The notes below the pieces were generated by a model that saw nothing but the letters and a program-made list of their open reading frames with translations, was not told the DNA's origin and made no database searches. A DNA stretch of 35,750 nt from a virus (lineage: Duplodnaviria; Heunggongvirae; Uroviricota; Caudoviricetes): positions 1 to 35,750 of IMG/VR virus record IMGVR_UViG_2698536335_000014; one strand, written 5' to 3'. A program made the position numbers and the translations under genes. Shown piece after piece: positions 18,930-28,195 of this stretch (positions are counted from its first letter, which is position 1; the number at the start of each line of letters is the position of its first letter).

Positions 18930-19988
18930 TTACGCTCCGACTTCTGCTGCGGCGGCGCTGAAATCGCCAATCTGGATGTTTTCCACCAGTGCAGCGCAGC
19001 GGTAGTCCTCAACCACATAGGCTTCGTTAACAGATTCAAAGTTTTCAATCCGGTCACGTTTCGGGTTGTCGATAACTGAACGGCGGCGGGTGTCTTCCTG
19101 CCAGTAGATGGACAAGTTATCCCGACGGGTGATCAGCAGCGCATTCGGCGGGAAGAACGGCGCACGCACGGCCTGCAGACCGCCCATGCGTTTCTGACTG
19201 ATGATCATATCGGCAGCCAGTTTTTCACTGTTTTCCTGCTCTTTGTTGACCAGCGGGAAATACTTGTCAGACAGCAGTTCACGACCGCAAATCACCACCA
19301 GATCGTCATCGTCCTGGTAGACCACATCGATAAGCTCATTGACGGCATCCATCACTACGGCGTCCAGGTTGGCATATTCGCCACCTTTCCCGACTTTCAC
19401 CGCGCCCGGAGTGGTTTCATCGCCCGTGGTGGTGCTGCCCATGACGTGATCCGGTGCATCCTCACGGATTTTCTGCAGCCAGCCTTTGTTTACATCCTGC
19501 AGCAGCGGGTTTTCACTACGGTTGGAGGTTTTCGCACGCTTCACGCCGTTAAAGCCGATCATGATGCGGTCCAGTGCCTGACGTTTCACGATGGCGTCAC
19601 GGATGCGCACCTGGAAATCCTGAAACTTCGCCCACAGGTCCAGCTTCGCGTAGGTCAGCACCGTGTCAAAGTTGGTCTGCTCGCATTTATATTCCACATC
19701 AACCATCAGCGTCGGATCGACAGGCTCACGCTCTTTCGCGGTGGTGTCAGTGGTTCCGGCAATGGTGCTGCCAACACCCAGCCCCAGCAACTGACCAGAC
19801 TGCTCAGTCACTGGCGTGACGTTAATCAGCGTCAGGAAAGCGGCGGACTGCTGGATCTGGTCTTCCAGCGTCTGCTGTACAGACGGCTCTACAGTGAACT
19901 TGCTGGACAGTTCTTCAACTGCTACACCGTTCAGACGCGCCAGCTGCTGCAGGTAAGCGTTAAAAGCAAAGCGGGTATTCTTCTTCAT
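18930..19988 (-). CDS. N: major capsid protein gpN
   Basis: 352 aa; long stretches resemble P2 gpN as I recall it (e.g. RFAFNAYL, KGWLQK). Confidence 0.9.
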   Translation of the reverse strand: MKKNTRFAFNAYLQQLARLNGVAVEELSSKFTVEPSVQQTLEDQIQQSAAFLTLINVTPVTEQSGQLLGLGVGSTIAGTTDTTAKEREPVDPTLMVDVEYKCEQTNFDTVLTYAKLDLWAKFQDFQVRIRDAIVKRQALDRIMIGFNGVKRAKTSNRSENPLLQDVNKGWLQKIREDAPDHVMGSTTTGDETTPGAVKVGKGGEYANLDAVVMDAVNELIDVVYQDDDDLVVICGRELLSDKYFPLVNKEQENSEKLAADMIISQKRMGGLQAVRAPFFPPNALLITRRDNLSIYWQEDTRRRSVIDNPKRDRIENFESVNEAYVVEDYRCAALVENIQIGDFSAAAAEVGA

Positions 19989-20004
19989 CGGGTTTTGTGC
20001 TCCA

Positions 20005-20838
20005 TCAGCAATTGGTCAGAGTGTCAGCGGGGGCGTTACCGCCTGTTGCACGCTGGCGGTAGTCCTGGCGGCTGTCTTCATGACTCAGCTTATTCACCAG
20101 TTCATTAAAGGCGGTTTGCTGCTTCTGCAGAGCAGACTCCAGTTCAGACAGGCGTTCTTCCTGCTCAGACAGAGATTTTTCGGTTCGCGCGCTCAGGTTT
20201 TGCTGCTCAGTGGCGACCAGCTCCACGGCCTTATGCACATCAGAGAACCGGGCGTCATCGGACTGCTCTTTTTTGGTGAACAGCGCCGTGACGCGGGAAA
20301 ACAGGGACGGTTTGTCATCCTGGATTTCTTCCAGTTCGATCACCGTTTCCTCTGCAGCGGTAAAAAGATTGGCGGGATTCTGCTTGCGGTTTGCCAGCGG
20401 GTTATGGGCTGTACTGGCGCTGAATGTCAGCATTTCCGTACCCAGACTGGCTGGATCATCAGTGGCGGCCAGGCCAACCAGGTAGGCTTTACCCGTATCA
20501 GCAAACTTCGGGCTGACTTCCATAGAGGTGAATAATTTCTGGCCTTTTTTCACCAGCTCCACCAGGGATTCCGTTGGCTCAACGTCGGCATACAGCGCCA
20601 TCTTGCCCGCCAGCGGACCTTCCGTGATTTCTTCAGCAAACAGCGCAGTCACCTTGCCGTAGCGGTTAAAGGTGCTGTCCGGCAGATAAGACTTGATGTG
20701 CTCAAGGTTAATCAGAGCGGTATACACCGCCGGGTTGTAGCTGGCTGCCATCTGTTCCAGCCATTCACGCTGGATTTCGCGTCCGTCGGTGGTGGCACCT
20801 TCCACCCCGATGCGAAAACGCTTTGCTTTCACTGTCAT
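20005..20838 (-). CDS. O: capsid scaffold protein gpO
   Basis: 277 aa, ATG start, first gene of the leftward late operon, divergent from P. Confidence 0.9.
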   Translation of the reverse strand: MTVKAKRFRIGVEGATTDGREIQREWLEQMAASYNPAVYTALINLEHIKSYLPDSTFNRYGKVTALFAEEITEGPLAGKMALYADVEPTESLVELVKKGQKLFTSMEVSPKFADTGKAYLVGLAATDDPASLGTEMLTFSASTAHNPLANRKQNPANLFTAAEETVIELEEIQDDKPSLFSRVTALFTKKEQSDDARFSDVHKAVELVATEQQNLSARTEKSLSEQEERLSELESALQKQQTAFNELVNKLSHEDSRQDYRQRATGGNAPADTLTNC

Positions 20839-20916
20839 GAGCCGTGCTCCGTTAGAAAAAACTTACTGGAGCCTTATGGTTGCGGTGATGGGGGCAGTGA
20901 AACAATGCGCGGTATT

Positions 20917-20934
20917 TGTACCGACAACCACACA
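20917..20934. promoter_or_regulatory. candidate Ogr-dependent late promoter element in the O/P divergent region
   Basis: TGTACCGACAACCACACA (TGT-N12-ACA), about 87 bp upstream of the O ATG. Confidence 0.45.
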
Positions 20935-20980
20935 AACCGCAGGCGGGGAAAGCCTTCATTCAAGGCTGTAGGTTTGTGCC

Positions 20981-22747
20981 ATGAACACCACACTGACACC
21001 CGCAGATCTCGATCCCCGTCGGCAGGCCATGCTGCTGTACTTTCAGGGATACCGCGTAGCCCGCATTGCTGAAATGCTGGGCGAGAAAGTTGCAACCGTT
21101 CACAGCTGGAAAAAACGCGACAAGTGGGGTGACTATGGGCCGCTGGATCAGATGCAGCTCACCACTGCCGCACGCTACTGCCAGCTCATTATGAAGGAGC
21201 ACAAAGAAGGGAAAGATTTCAAAGAGATTGACCTGCTGGCGCGCCAGTCGGAGCGCCATGCGCGGATCGGCAAGTTTAACAATGGCGGCAACGAAGCCGA
21301 CTTAAACCCTAACGTCGCCAACCGCAACAAAGGCCCGCGCCGTCAGCCGGAAAAGAACGTTTTCACCGATGAACAGATTGAGAAGCTGGAAGAAATCTTC
21401 CATTCCTCCATGTTCAACTACCAGCGCCACTGGTGGGAAGCCGGAAAAACCAACCGCATCCGCAACCTGCTGAAGTCACGCCAGATCGGCGCGACCTTCT
21501 ATTTTGCCCGTGAAGCCCTGATTGACGCCCTGCTAACCGGGCGTAACCAGATTTTCCTTTCCGCCAGCAAGGCTCAGGCCCACGTCTTTAAGCAGTACAT
21601 CATCGACTTCGCCAAAGAAGTGGAGGTGGAGCTGAAAGGCGATCCGATGGTGCTTCCTAACGGGGCCACGCTGTACTTCCTCGGCACCAATGCCCGCACG
21701 GCCCAGAGTTACCACGGCAACCTGTATCTGGATGAATATTTCTGGATACCGAAATTCCAGGAGCTGCGCAAAGTGGCTTCCGGTATGGCTATTCACAAAA
21801 AATGGCGACAAACCTATTTTTCCACGCCATCCAGCCTGACACACAGTGCTTATCCGTTCTGGTCCGGTGCGCTGTTCAACCGAGGGCGCAACAAAGCCGA
21901 TAAGGTGGACATCGACCTGTCCCACAGCAATCTGGCCCCCGGCCTGCTGTGCGCAGACGGGCAATACCGCCAGATAGTCACCGTGGAAGATGCGGTGCGC
22001 GGCGGCTGTAACCTGTTCGACCTCGACCAGTTGCGCATGGAGTACAGCCCGGACGAATACCAGAACCTGCTGATGTGTGAGTTCGTGGACGATCTCGCGT
22101 CCGTGTTCCCGCTCAGCGAGCTGCAGGCGTGTATGGTGGACAGTTGGGAAGTCTGGACCGACTTTCATGCACTGGCCCTGCGCCCGTTTGGCTGGCGCGA
22201 GGTGTGGATCGGTTATGACCCGGCAAAAGGTACGCAGAACGGCGACAGCGCCGGATGCGTGGTGATGGCACCGCCAGCCGTGCCAGGCGGTAAGTTTCGC
22301 ATTCTTGAGCGTCACCAGTGGCGCGGGATGGACTTCCGCGCCCAGGCTGACGCCATCAAAAAACTGACCGAACAGTACAACGTGACCTATATCGGCATCG
22401 ACTCAACAGGTGTCGGTCACGGGGTTTACGAGAACGTGAAAGCGTTCTTTCCTGCCGTCCGGGAGTTTGTCTACAACCCCAACGTTAAAAACGCCCTGGT
22501 ACTCAAAGCCTACGACATTATCAGTCACCGTCGTCTGGAGTTTGACGCCGGACACACCGACATAGCGCAGTCATTTATGGCAATCCGTCGCGCCACCACC
22601 GCCAGTGGCAACCGCCCGACCTATGAAGCCAGCCGCAGCGAAGAAGCCAGCCACGCCGATCTGGCCTGGGCAACGATGCACGCACTGTTTAACGAACCGC
22701 TGCAGGGCGAGTCCGCCAATACCAGCAATATTGTGGAGATTTTTTGA
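20981..22747 (+). CDS. P: terminase large (ATPase) subunit gpP
   Basis: 588 aa, ATG start; P2 gpP-like. Confidence 0.9.
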   Translation: MNTTLTPADLDPRRQAMLLYFQGYRVARIAEMLGEKVATVHSWKKRDKWGDYGPLDQMQLTTAARYCQLIMKEHKEGKDFKEIDLLARQSERHARIGKFNNGGNEADLNPNVANRNKGPRRQPEKNVFTDEQIEKLEEIFHSSMFNYQRHWWEAGKTNRIRNLLKSRQIGATFYFAREALIDALLTGRNQIFLSASKAQAHVFKQYIIDFAKEVEVELKGDPMVLPNGATLYFLGTNARTAQSYHGNLYLDEYFWIPKFQELRKVASGMAIHKKWRQTYFSTPSSLTHSAYPFWSGALFNRGRNKADKVDIDLSHSNLAPGLLCADGQYRQIVTVEDAVRGGCNLFDLDQLRMEYSPDEYQNLLMCEFVDDLASVFPLSELQACMVDSWEVWTDFHALALRPFGWREVWIGYDPAKGTQNGDSAGCVVMAPPAVPGGKFRILERHQWRGMDFRAQADAIKKLTEQYNVTYIGIDSTGVGHGVYENVKAFFPAVREFVYNPNVKNALVLKAYDIISHRRLEFDAGHTDIAQSFMAIRRATTASGNRPTYEASRSEEASHADLAWATMHALFNEPLQGESANTSNIVEIF

Positions 22748-23784
22748 TGGGAAAGAGTAAGAAAAACCGCGCTGCGGCGACGAATCAGCTCAAGCATAAA
22801 AGCCAGACTTCAGCCGAAGCATTCAGCTTCGGTGATCCCGTTCCTGTACTTGACCGCCGCGAACTGCTGGACTATGTGGAATGCGTACAGACAGATCGCT
22901 GGTATGAGCCTCCTGTCAGCTTTGACGGACTGGCGCGCACCTTCCGCGCTGCCGTGCATCACAGTTCACCAATTGCGGTGAAATGCAACATTCTGACCAG
23001 CACCTACATCCCTCACCCGCTGCTCAGCCAGCAGGCTTTTTCGCGTTTTGTACAGGACTATCTGGTTTTTGGTAACGCCTACCTGGAAAAACGCACGAAC
23101 CGCTTCGGAGAGGTCATCGCTCTTGAGCCTGCGCTGGCAAAATACACCCGACGCGGGTTAGACCTGGATACCTACTGGTTTGTGCAATATGGTATGACAA
23201 CCCAGCCGTATCAGTTCACGAAAGGCAGCATCTTTCATCTGTTGGAACCGGACATCAACCAGGAGATCTACGGCCTGCCCGGTTATCTTTCTGCCATTCC
23301 GTCCGCTCTGCTCAACGAGTCCGCCACGCTGTTCCGCCGGAAGTATTACATTAACGGTAGTCATGCAGGCTTCATCATGTACATGACCGATGCCGCGCAA
23401 AACCAGGAGGATGTGAACAACCTCCGCAACGCAATGAAAAGCGCCAAAGGTCCAGGCAACTTCCGCAACTTGTTTATGTACTCGCCTAACGGTAAAAAAG
23501 ACGGGCTTCAGATCATCCCATTGTCAGAAGTCGCGGCGAAGGATGAATTTCTTAACATCAAGAACGTGAGTCGGGATGACATGATGGCAGCGCATCGCGT
23601 GCCGCCGCAAATGATGGGGATTATGCCTAATAATGTCGGGGGGTTTGGGGATGTGGAAAAAGCCGCTCGCGTTTTTGTACGTAACGAACTGCAGCCATTG
23701 CAGAAACGTATGTGCGAACTGAACGAATGGATTGAGGAAAAAGTAATAAATTTTGAAGCGTATCAGCTCTCAATTGAGCAATAA
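22747..23784 (+). CDS. Q: portal protein gpQ
   Basis: ATG at 22747 overlaps the P stop (TGATG); track ORF starts at TTG 22744; P2 gpQ-like. Confidence 0.9.
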   Translation: MGKSKKNRAAATNQLKHKSQTSAEAFSFGDPVPVLDRRELLDYVECVQTDRWYEPPVSFDGLARTFRAAVHHSSPIAVKCNILTSTYIPHPLLSQQAFSRFVQDYLVFGNAYLEKRTNRFGEVIALEPALAKYTRRGLDLDTYWFVQYGMTTQPYQFTKGSIFHLLEPDINQEIYGLPGYLSAIPSALLNESATLFRRKYYINGSHAGFIMYMTDAAQNQEDVNNLRNAMKSAKGPGNFRNLFMYSPNGKKDGLQIIPLSEVAAKDEFLNIKNVSRDDMMAAHRVPPQMMGIMPNNVGGFGDVEKAARVFVRNELQPLQKRMCELNEWIEEKVINFEAYQLSIEQ

Positions 23785-23818
23785 CTCTCAAATAGCTGAA
23801 TAAGCCCGCAAAAGCTAA

Positions 23819-23840
23819 CCTATAGATCAGGGTCTATAGG
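23819..23840. terminator. candidate bidirectional hairpin terminator between convergent Q and the cargo operon
   Basis: cctataga-tcaggg-tctatagg: 8-bp perfect stem, 6-nt loop, followed by TTTAT; overlaps the stop codon of the 215-aa ORF. Confidence 0.35.
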
Positions 23841-24467
23841 TTTATGATGTAATGATACAGGATAATGCACAACTTGATAATCCAGCTTACTTACAGTATG
23901 AAGGTGCTGACTATAAAAAACCAAGGGGTTTTTTGGGCAATCAATAATATTAACGGATTTACAAGCATGAATCCTAGGTGCATTCTTTGATAAGAATGTT
24001 TTCCATGAATCCATCATGTCAGAACAGGAAGCGTTTTTCGTATAAATAATTAAACCACCCGAAGAGCTATTTATAGTCCCAGTACTATACCGCTCGGTAA
24101 GTTGTGCATAACCTTTAAAAAGATATAAATATGAAGAATGTTTTTTAGCTTCCCCATGCCAGATATAATCTGCAAGGGTAATAGATATATCACAATGTCC
24201 TCTCTGGTTCTTCTCGTGACTGGCTTCGAGCCCCAGATATCTATTTTCAATATACGAAAGCAAATATAGAGTTAACTGATCTTCAGAGAGATCAAAGTTA
24301 ATTTTATTGCCATTTTGCTCTAATTTACTTACAGCGTAATCCAGCTCCTTTCGAACAAGACTGTTGAAATTAGAATAGGACTCCAACGCAAATTGAATCC
24401 TTTGAATGGCAAAGTGAACCTTCTGCAAATGAAAGTTTTTCTCCAAATCATCCAGACTTGTAAGCAT
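23820..24467 (-). CDS. hypothetical protein, third gene of the AT-rich cargo operon
   Basis: 215 aa, ATG start overlapping the upstream stop (translational coupling); no motif I recognise. Confidence 0.7.
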   Translation of the reverse strand: MLTSLDDLEKNFHLQKVHFAIQRIQFALESYSNFNSLVRKELDYAVSKLEQNGNKINFDLSEDQLTLYLLSYIENRYLGLEASHEKNQRGHCDISITLADYIWHGEAKKHSSYLYLFKGYAQLTERYSTGTINSSSGGLIIYTKNASCSDMMDSWKTFLSKNAPRIHACKSVNIIDCPKNPLVFYSQHLHTVSKLDYQVVHYPVSLHHKPIDPDL

Positions 24468-24895
24468 TAGTACGCCCCTTCCTTTGTGAAATTAATAACT
24501 GTAAAGAAAGGAAATACATATTTTTTGTAGTCTGGCACAATCTCACCAGTATATGGATGCTCTAAACCTTGATTATCTTCAGCATCAATCACGTCCGCAA
24601 TGCTTATATTAACTGGATCGAAACCATCGTCTATAAATTGATAGTTTAATTTCAAAAAATTAACTTTTGGATTACACAAAACTTGGATAGCCAAGTAAAT
24701 ATCATGCTCATCCACTTTAGCGCCCCCCTTATTCGAAATCGCTATATCAAATAAAAGGTTATAACTAATGAATATATTAGGAGAGCGAGCTGCTAACTTT
24801 GCAAGTTTTTCATAAAACATGCACGCCAAAACTCCCACTTCTGGGCGTTCTGAGCATATGTCTTGTATAGTCTTTGCCAAGTTAGCATCCTTCAT
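24467..24895 (-). CDS. hypothetical protein, second gene of the AT-rich cargo operon
   Basis: 142 aa, ATG start 12 bp downstream of the first gene; no motif I recognise. Confidence 0.7.
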   Translation of the reverse strand: MKDANLAKTIQDICSERPEVGVLACMFYEKLAKLAARSPNIFISYNLLFDIAISNKGGAKVDEHDIYLAIQVLCNPKVNFLKLNYQFIDDGFDPVNISIADVIDAEDNQGLEHPYTGEIVPDYKKYVFPFFTVINFTKEGAY

Positions 24896-24907
24896 TTTTG
24901 TCTCCAG

Positions 24908-26014
24908 CTATAGTATCAGCTTCGTAAGCGTTTCGAAATCATCACGAGAGATACATTTACTAAGTATAGCAAAATTCACTGGTGAACCAGAGCTTCCACT
25001 AAGGTACCGTCTTAGCGTTCCTGGTATAGTAAGTTCTACATTGTCCGCTAACTGTAGTAAAGGATTTGTTCGCTCAACCCTGATGCCTATCCTATAAAGT
25101 CCGATATTGCCTACGGCTTTAATACCTTCTTGATTGAAGATATCTTGTCTCAAATCTTTAGTGGAGTCAGTTTTCCTTTCCTTATGTGTTGTCCCTTCAG
25201 GGGTAAGGAATGAAAGCTCAAAAACTTTATAATTAAGAGTTGAGTATGGTTTTTGATCTTGCTTAAAGATTGGTTCAATCAAGGGAAAGAAATCTCTTTC
25301 TTTTGATGCAAACTCAGCACCTATAATATTATAAAGTTCTCTTACTACAGTACTCTTTGCAAACAAGACGCTCTCACCTATTGTATTAATACCTGCATCT
25401 ATCAAAATAGAGATAGTAGAGTTGGTCTTATTAAAAATGCACACATCAAAACATTGATGCTTTTCTTTTTTAGTAGCAATGATCTCTTCGTAGCCACTGT
25501 ACTGCGGTAAACTTTTAGGCGAAATCCGCTCTCTAATTTTTTGCTCTCTAACGGAACTAAATAGAGCTAAAGCCTGATTATTGCTCTCAGAATAATGAAC
25601 TAAGTTTATTTTATTCTTCCCCGACGCATTAATTTCCTGCTCAGAAAGGATTACATCTGAGGCGACAGAAGGCTGTTCAGATAAATCCCACTTTAATTTC
25701 ATAGCCTTTGTTAGCGAGGAAATTATTTGGTTGTCTACTGATAAACAAAAAAAAGCTTTATCACCGTAGACCAATTGACCAAATATTAAATTATTTACAG
25801 ACCTTATGATATCATTAAATTTATTTAAATTCTTTTCCTTTAATTCTGTTAATTCTTCCAGTATTTTTCCATGAGTAGCATCTCTACCTTTACCACGAGC
25901 TAATCCAAGAGCTGAAATAACAGGTTTTGCCACGTTCCATGGAAATCTCGTGATTAGTGTCAAAATGGATTTCATTTCTGCTTCACTAAGTACTACTGGG
26001 ACATTTCCTGTCAT
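24908..26014 (-). CDS. hypothetical protein, first gene of the AT-rich cargo operon
   Basis: Track ORF starts at GTG 26041; first ATG at 26014 (MTGNVPV..); about 370 aa; no Walker A, HEPN or other motif I recognise. Confidence 0.7.
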   Translation of the reverse strand: MTGNVPVVLSEAEMKSILTLITRFPWNVAKPVISALGLARGKGRDATHGKILEELTELKEKNLNKFNDIIRSVNNLIFGQLVYGDKAFFCLSVDNQIISSLTKAMKLKWDLSEQPSVASDVILSEQEINASGKNKINLVHYSESNNQALALFSSVREQKIRERISPKSLPQYSGYEEIIATKKEKHQCFDVCIFNKTNSTISILIDAGINTIGESVLFAKSTVVRELYNIIGAEFASKERDFFPLIEPIFKQDQKPYSTLNYKVFELSFLTPEGTTHKERKTDSTKDLRQDIFNQEGIKAVGNIGLYRIGIRVERTNPLLQLADNVELTIPGTLRRYLSGSSGSPVNFAILSKCISRDDFETLTKLIL

Positions 26015-26157
26015 CTTAATTACCTGTTGAAATTGCAACACAAGGTCGTCTTCGGGAGATCAATGGGAGTATTCCAATAACTTACCCAGGTATAGGAGTG
26101 CTTTCAAGTCTAAGACTATCTTCTGTCTAACAGCGCATGTTTTCATCTAAGCGCGCG

Positions 26158-26176
26158 CTCGTATCCCCGCCACGCC
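26158..26176 (-). other. candidate cos cohesive-end sequence
   Basis: Minus strand reads GGCGTGGCGGGGATACGAG; the first 13 nt match the GC-rich 19-nt cohesive end of 186/P2 as I recall it (GGCGTGGCGGGGAAAGCAT / GGCGAGGCGGGGAAAGCAC); sits in a 416-bp non-coding gap. Confidence 0.45.
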
Positions 26177-26457
26177 TGCCCGCTTTATGTAGTGGTTTTC
26201 ATGCACCTGCATGACATGAGTAAAAGCCCGCCGGTTCTGGCAGGTCTCTGCAAAAACGAGCCTCAATTGATCATGCGATTTCATGCAGCATAGTCATGCA
26301 CAGCCAAGGGAAGCGTAAATCCGTATCAGAATGACCGCTGAAAAGCGAATCATAAGGGTTTACAAAGATGAAACTCCGCTGTGAGCGAAAAGCGGACGTT
26401 GGAAGTTTAAAACTCGCGAACTACTCAGCGTCCATTGATGCGTATTGTGTAACGTGA

Positions 26458-27102
26458 TTAACCACAGATGATATTGAAACGTTCTCCGGAAATCTTGACC
26501 ATAATGTCAGACAGTTTGCTGACGGCATGGGCTTCAGATGATCCCAGAGCGTCAGGCTGAACAGCTATTACCGAAGCTCCACTTGCCAGCCCTGCTTTTA
26601 TACCCGCAGATGCATCCTCAAATACCACGCATTCACCAGGCTCAAGGCCCAAAGCCAAAGCTGCTTTGATGTAACCCTCGGGACTTGGTTTTCCCGTCAT
26701 TACATCTTCTGCACACACCATTACTATGGGTAAGGGGAGATTAGCCGCTTTCATCCTGTTTTCGGCAAGCATTCTGCCTGCAGAAGTGACAAGTGCCCAG
26801 CTATCCGGTGGCAGTTTTGATAAGAGTGCAGCGGCCCCTTTTACTTCAGTAACGCCTTCTGTCGTGTTGATTTCAACCTCTTCGAGTGAGGCCGCGATTT
26901 TATTGGTTTTCTCACCTGCACCAATAAAATGCGTTAGTGTATCAATCGTTTGCCGCCCGTGTGCGTAAGCAATCACAGCCTGAGAATCAAGACCGTATTC
27001 TGCACAAAAATCTCTCCAGACGCTTTCCACTACGGCTGTTGAATCAACCAGCGTACCGTCCATATCGAATAAAAAACCCTTAGCGTTGAATATCATTGCC
27101 AT
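26458..27102 (-). CDS. HAD-superfamily phosphatase (YfbT-like sugar phosphatase / beta-phosphoglucomutase family)
   Basis: 214 aa; N-terminal FDMDGTLVDS motif (DxDGT) and conserved C-terminal E-D-A-G motif; resembles E. coli YfbT as I recall it. Confidence 0.8.
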   Translation of the reverse strand: MAMIFNAKGFLFDMDGTLVDSTAVVESVWRDFCAEYGLDSQAVIAYAHGRQTIDTLTHFIGAGEKTNKIAASLEEVEINTTEGVTEVKGAAALLSKLPPDSWALVTSAGRMLAENRMKAANLPLPIVMVCAEDVMTGKPSPEGYIKAALALGLEPGECVVFEDASAGIKAGLASGASVIAVQPDALGSSEAHAVSKLSDIMVKISGERFNIICG

Positions 27103-27125
27103 TCCTTAATGGTTGCAGAAGAAAG

Positions 27126-27764
27126 TTAATCAAACCATGTTTTTTCATCACCTTTCGCTACTCTCAGGCTGACAGCAATCTGCTCAGGCACAATTCTTGA
27201 AAGCGACAATTCAGGCAGGTCGTTGACATCAAAAAAATCAGCATCGAGTGACTCATGGCTGATTGACAGGCTGCCACCTACTTCTTCACAGAGAAAAATC
27301 AGCTTGTAAACATGCCAGGGTAAAGGCGGATGGCCGTGAAGATTACGATCCCAAACTCCCAATAGTTTAGTCACTCTGACTTTTAATCCGGTTTCTTCTT
27401 CGACCTCTCGACGCACAGCTTCAGAAGGTGTATCTCCAACATCTGCCCATCCGCCAGGAAGACTCCATAATCCATCTGCAGCCTCTTTCACCATCAGAAT
27501 ACGATTATTACGCAGGATAAACGCACGCACATCTGTTTTGGGCGTCGCGTAACCCGTTTCCGATACATGAAACAAATCATTGCGGCTAATATCAAACTGC
27601 GAACTCAGCAGTCCAGCGGCAATTTCACGCAAGGCTTCATAGCGTTCCTTGTCAAAGACGTCTTTTGAATAGGTCAGGCCTGACTGCGCGAGGGCCTTTA
27701 GTCTCTGGGCAACAAAAATAAGCTTTTCTTGGGTCAACACTTCAGACATGTTTTTCATCTTCAT
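27126..27764 (-). CDS. NUDIX hydrolase
   Basis: 212 aa; Nudix box GGWADVGDTPSEAVRREVEEETGL (GX5EX7REUXEEXGU pattern). Confidence 0.85.
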   Translation of the reverse strand: MKMKNMSEVLTQEKLIFVAQRLKALAQSGLTYSKDVFDKERYEALREIAAGLLSSQFDISRNDLFHVSETGYATPKTDVRAFILRNNRILMVKEAADGLWSLPGGWADVGDTPSEAVRREVEEETGLKVRVTKLLGVWDRNLHGHPPLPWHVYKLIFLCEEVGGSLSISHESLDADFFDVNDLPELSLSRIVPEQIAVSLRVAKGDEKTWFD

Positions 27765-27840
27765 TTATGTATTCAGAGTTCCTGTTAAGGATACTGCTCA
27801 ATTCAATGAAGAATAACAAATGCATCTGGCACCTGCTATG

Positions 27841-27862
27841 TCCGCTTCTGGCACAAAGCGGA
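27841..27862. terminator. possible hairpin downstream of the DinI-like gene
   Basis: tccgctt-ctggcaca-aagcgga: 7-bp stem; no clear U-tract. Confidence 0.25.
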
Positions 27863-27951
27863 CGATCATTTATCAAAATGACCGCCCACCTTATTTCACT
27901 CGTTGTCCAAACTAACCTCCATCAGAATAAATTCTCTTGGGGCAACGTTTC

Positions 27952-28185
27952 TTAATGCAGCCAGCTGTCGTCTTCCCACACCTTCTGCATAATTTTCATC
28001 ACTTGTTTTCTTTCTTCGTCCAGTTGCAGTCCTGTCAGTTCCACACCGTTAGAGCTACCTTTGCGGATGCGAATTACCGTTTTGGGATACAGGGGGCGCA
28101 GATTGCGGTAAAGCTCGGATTCAAGGGCGTCCAGGATAGACTGGCTAATCTTCTGCTCTTTATCGATCATTATTTCAATGCGCAT
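27952..28185 (-). CDS. DinI-family protein (Tum C-terminal-domain-like)
   Basis: ATG 28185 with SD gaggtg; MRIEIMIDK...WEDDSWL resembles E. coli DinI as I recall it (MRIEVTIAK...WESADDWF). Confidence 0.8.
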   Translation of the reverse strand: MRIEIMIDKEQKISQSILDALESELYRNLRPLYPKTVIRIRKGSSNGVELTGLQLDEERKQVMKIMQKVWEDDSWLH

Positions 28186-28195
28186 AAAAGTCACC

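Noticed and set aside
21533-22315. 260-aa minus-strand ORF inside terminase gene P
   Set aside because: Antisense to a confidently assigned gene; no start signals.
26383-26402. Short inverted repeat (ccgct...agcgg) downstream of the HAD gene as a possible terminator
   Set aside because: Short stem, long loop and no U-tract; too weak to call.
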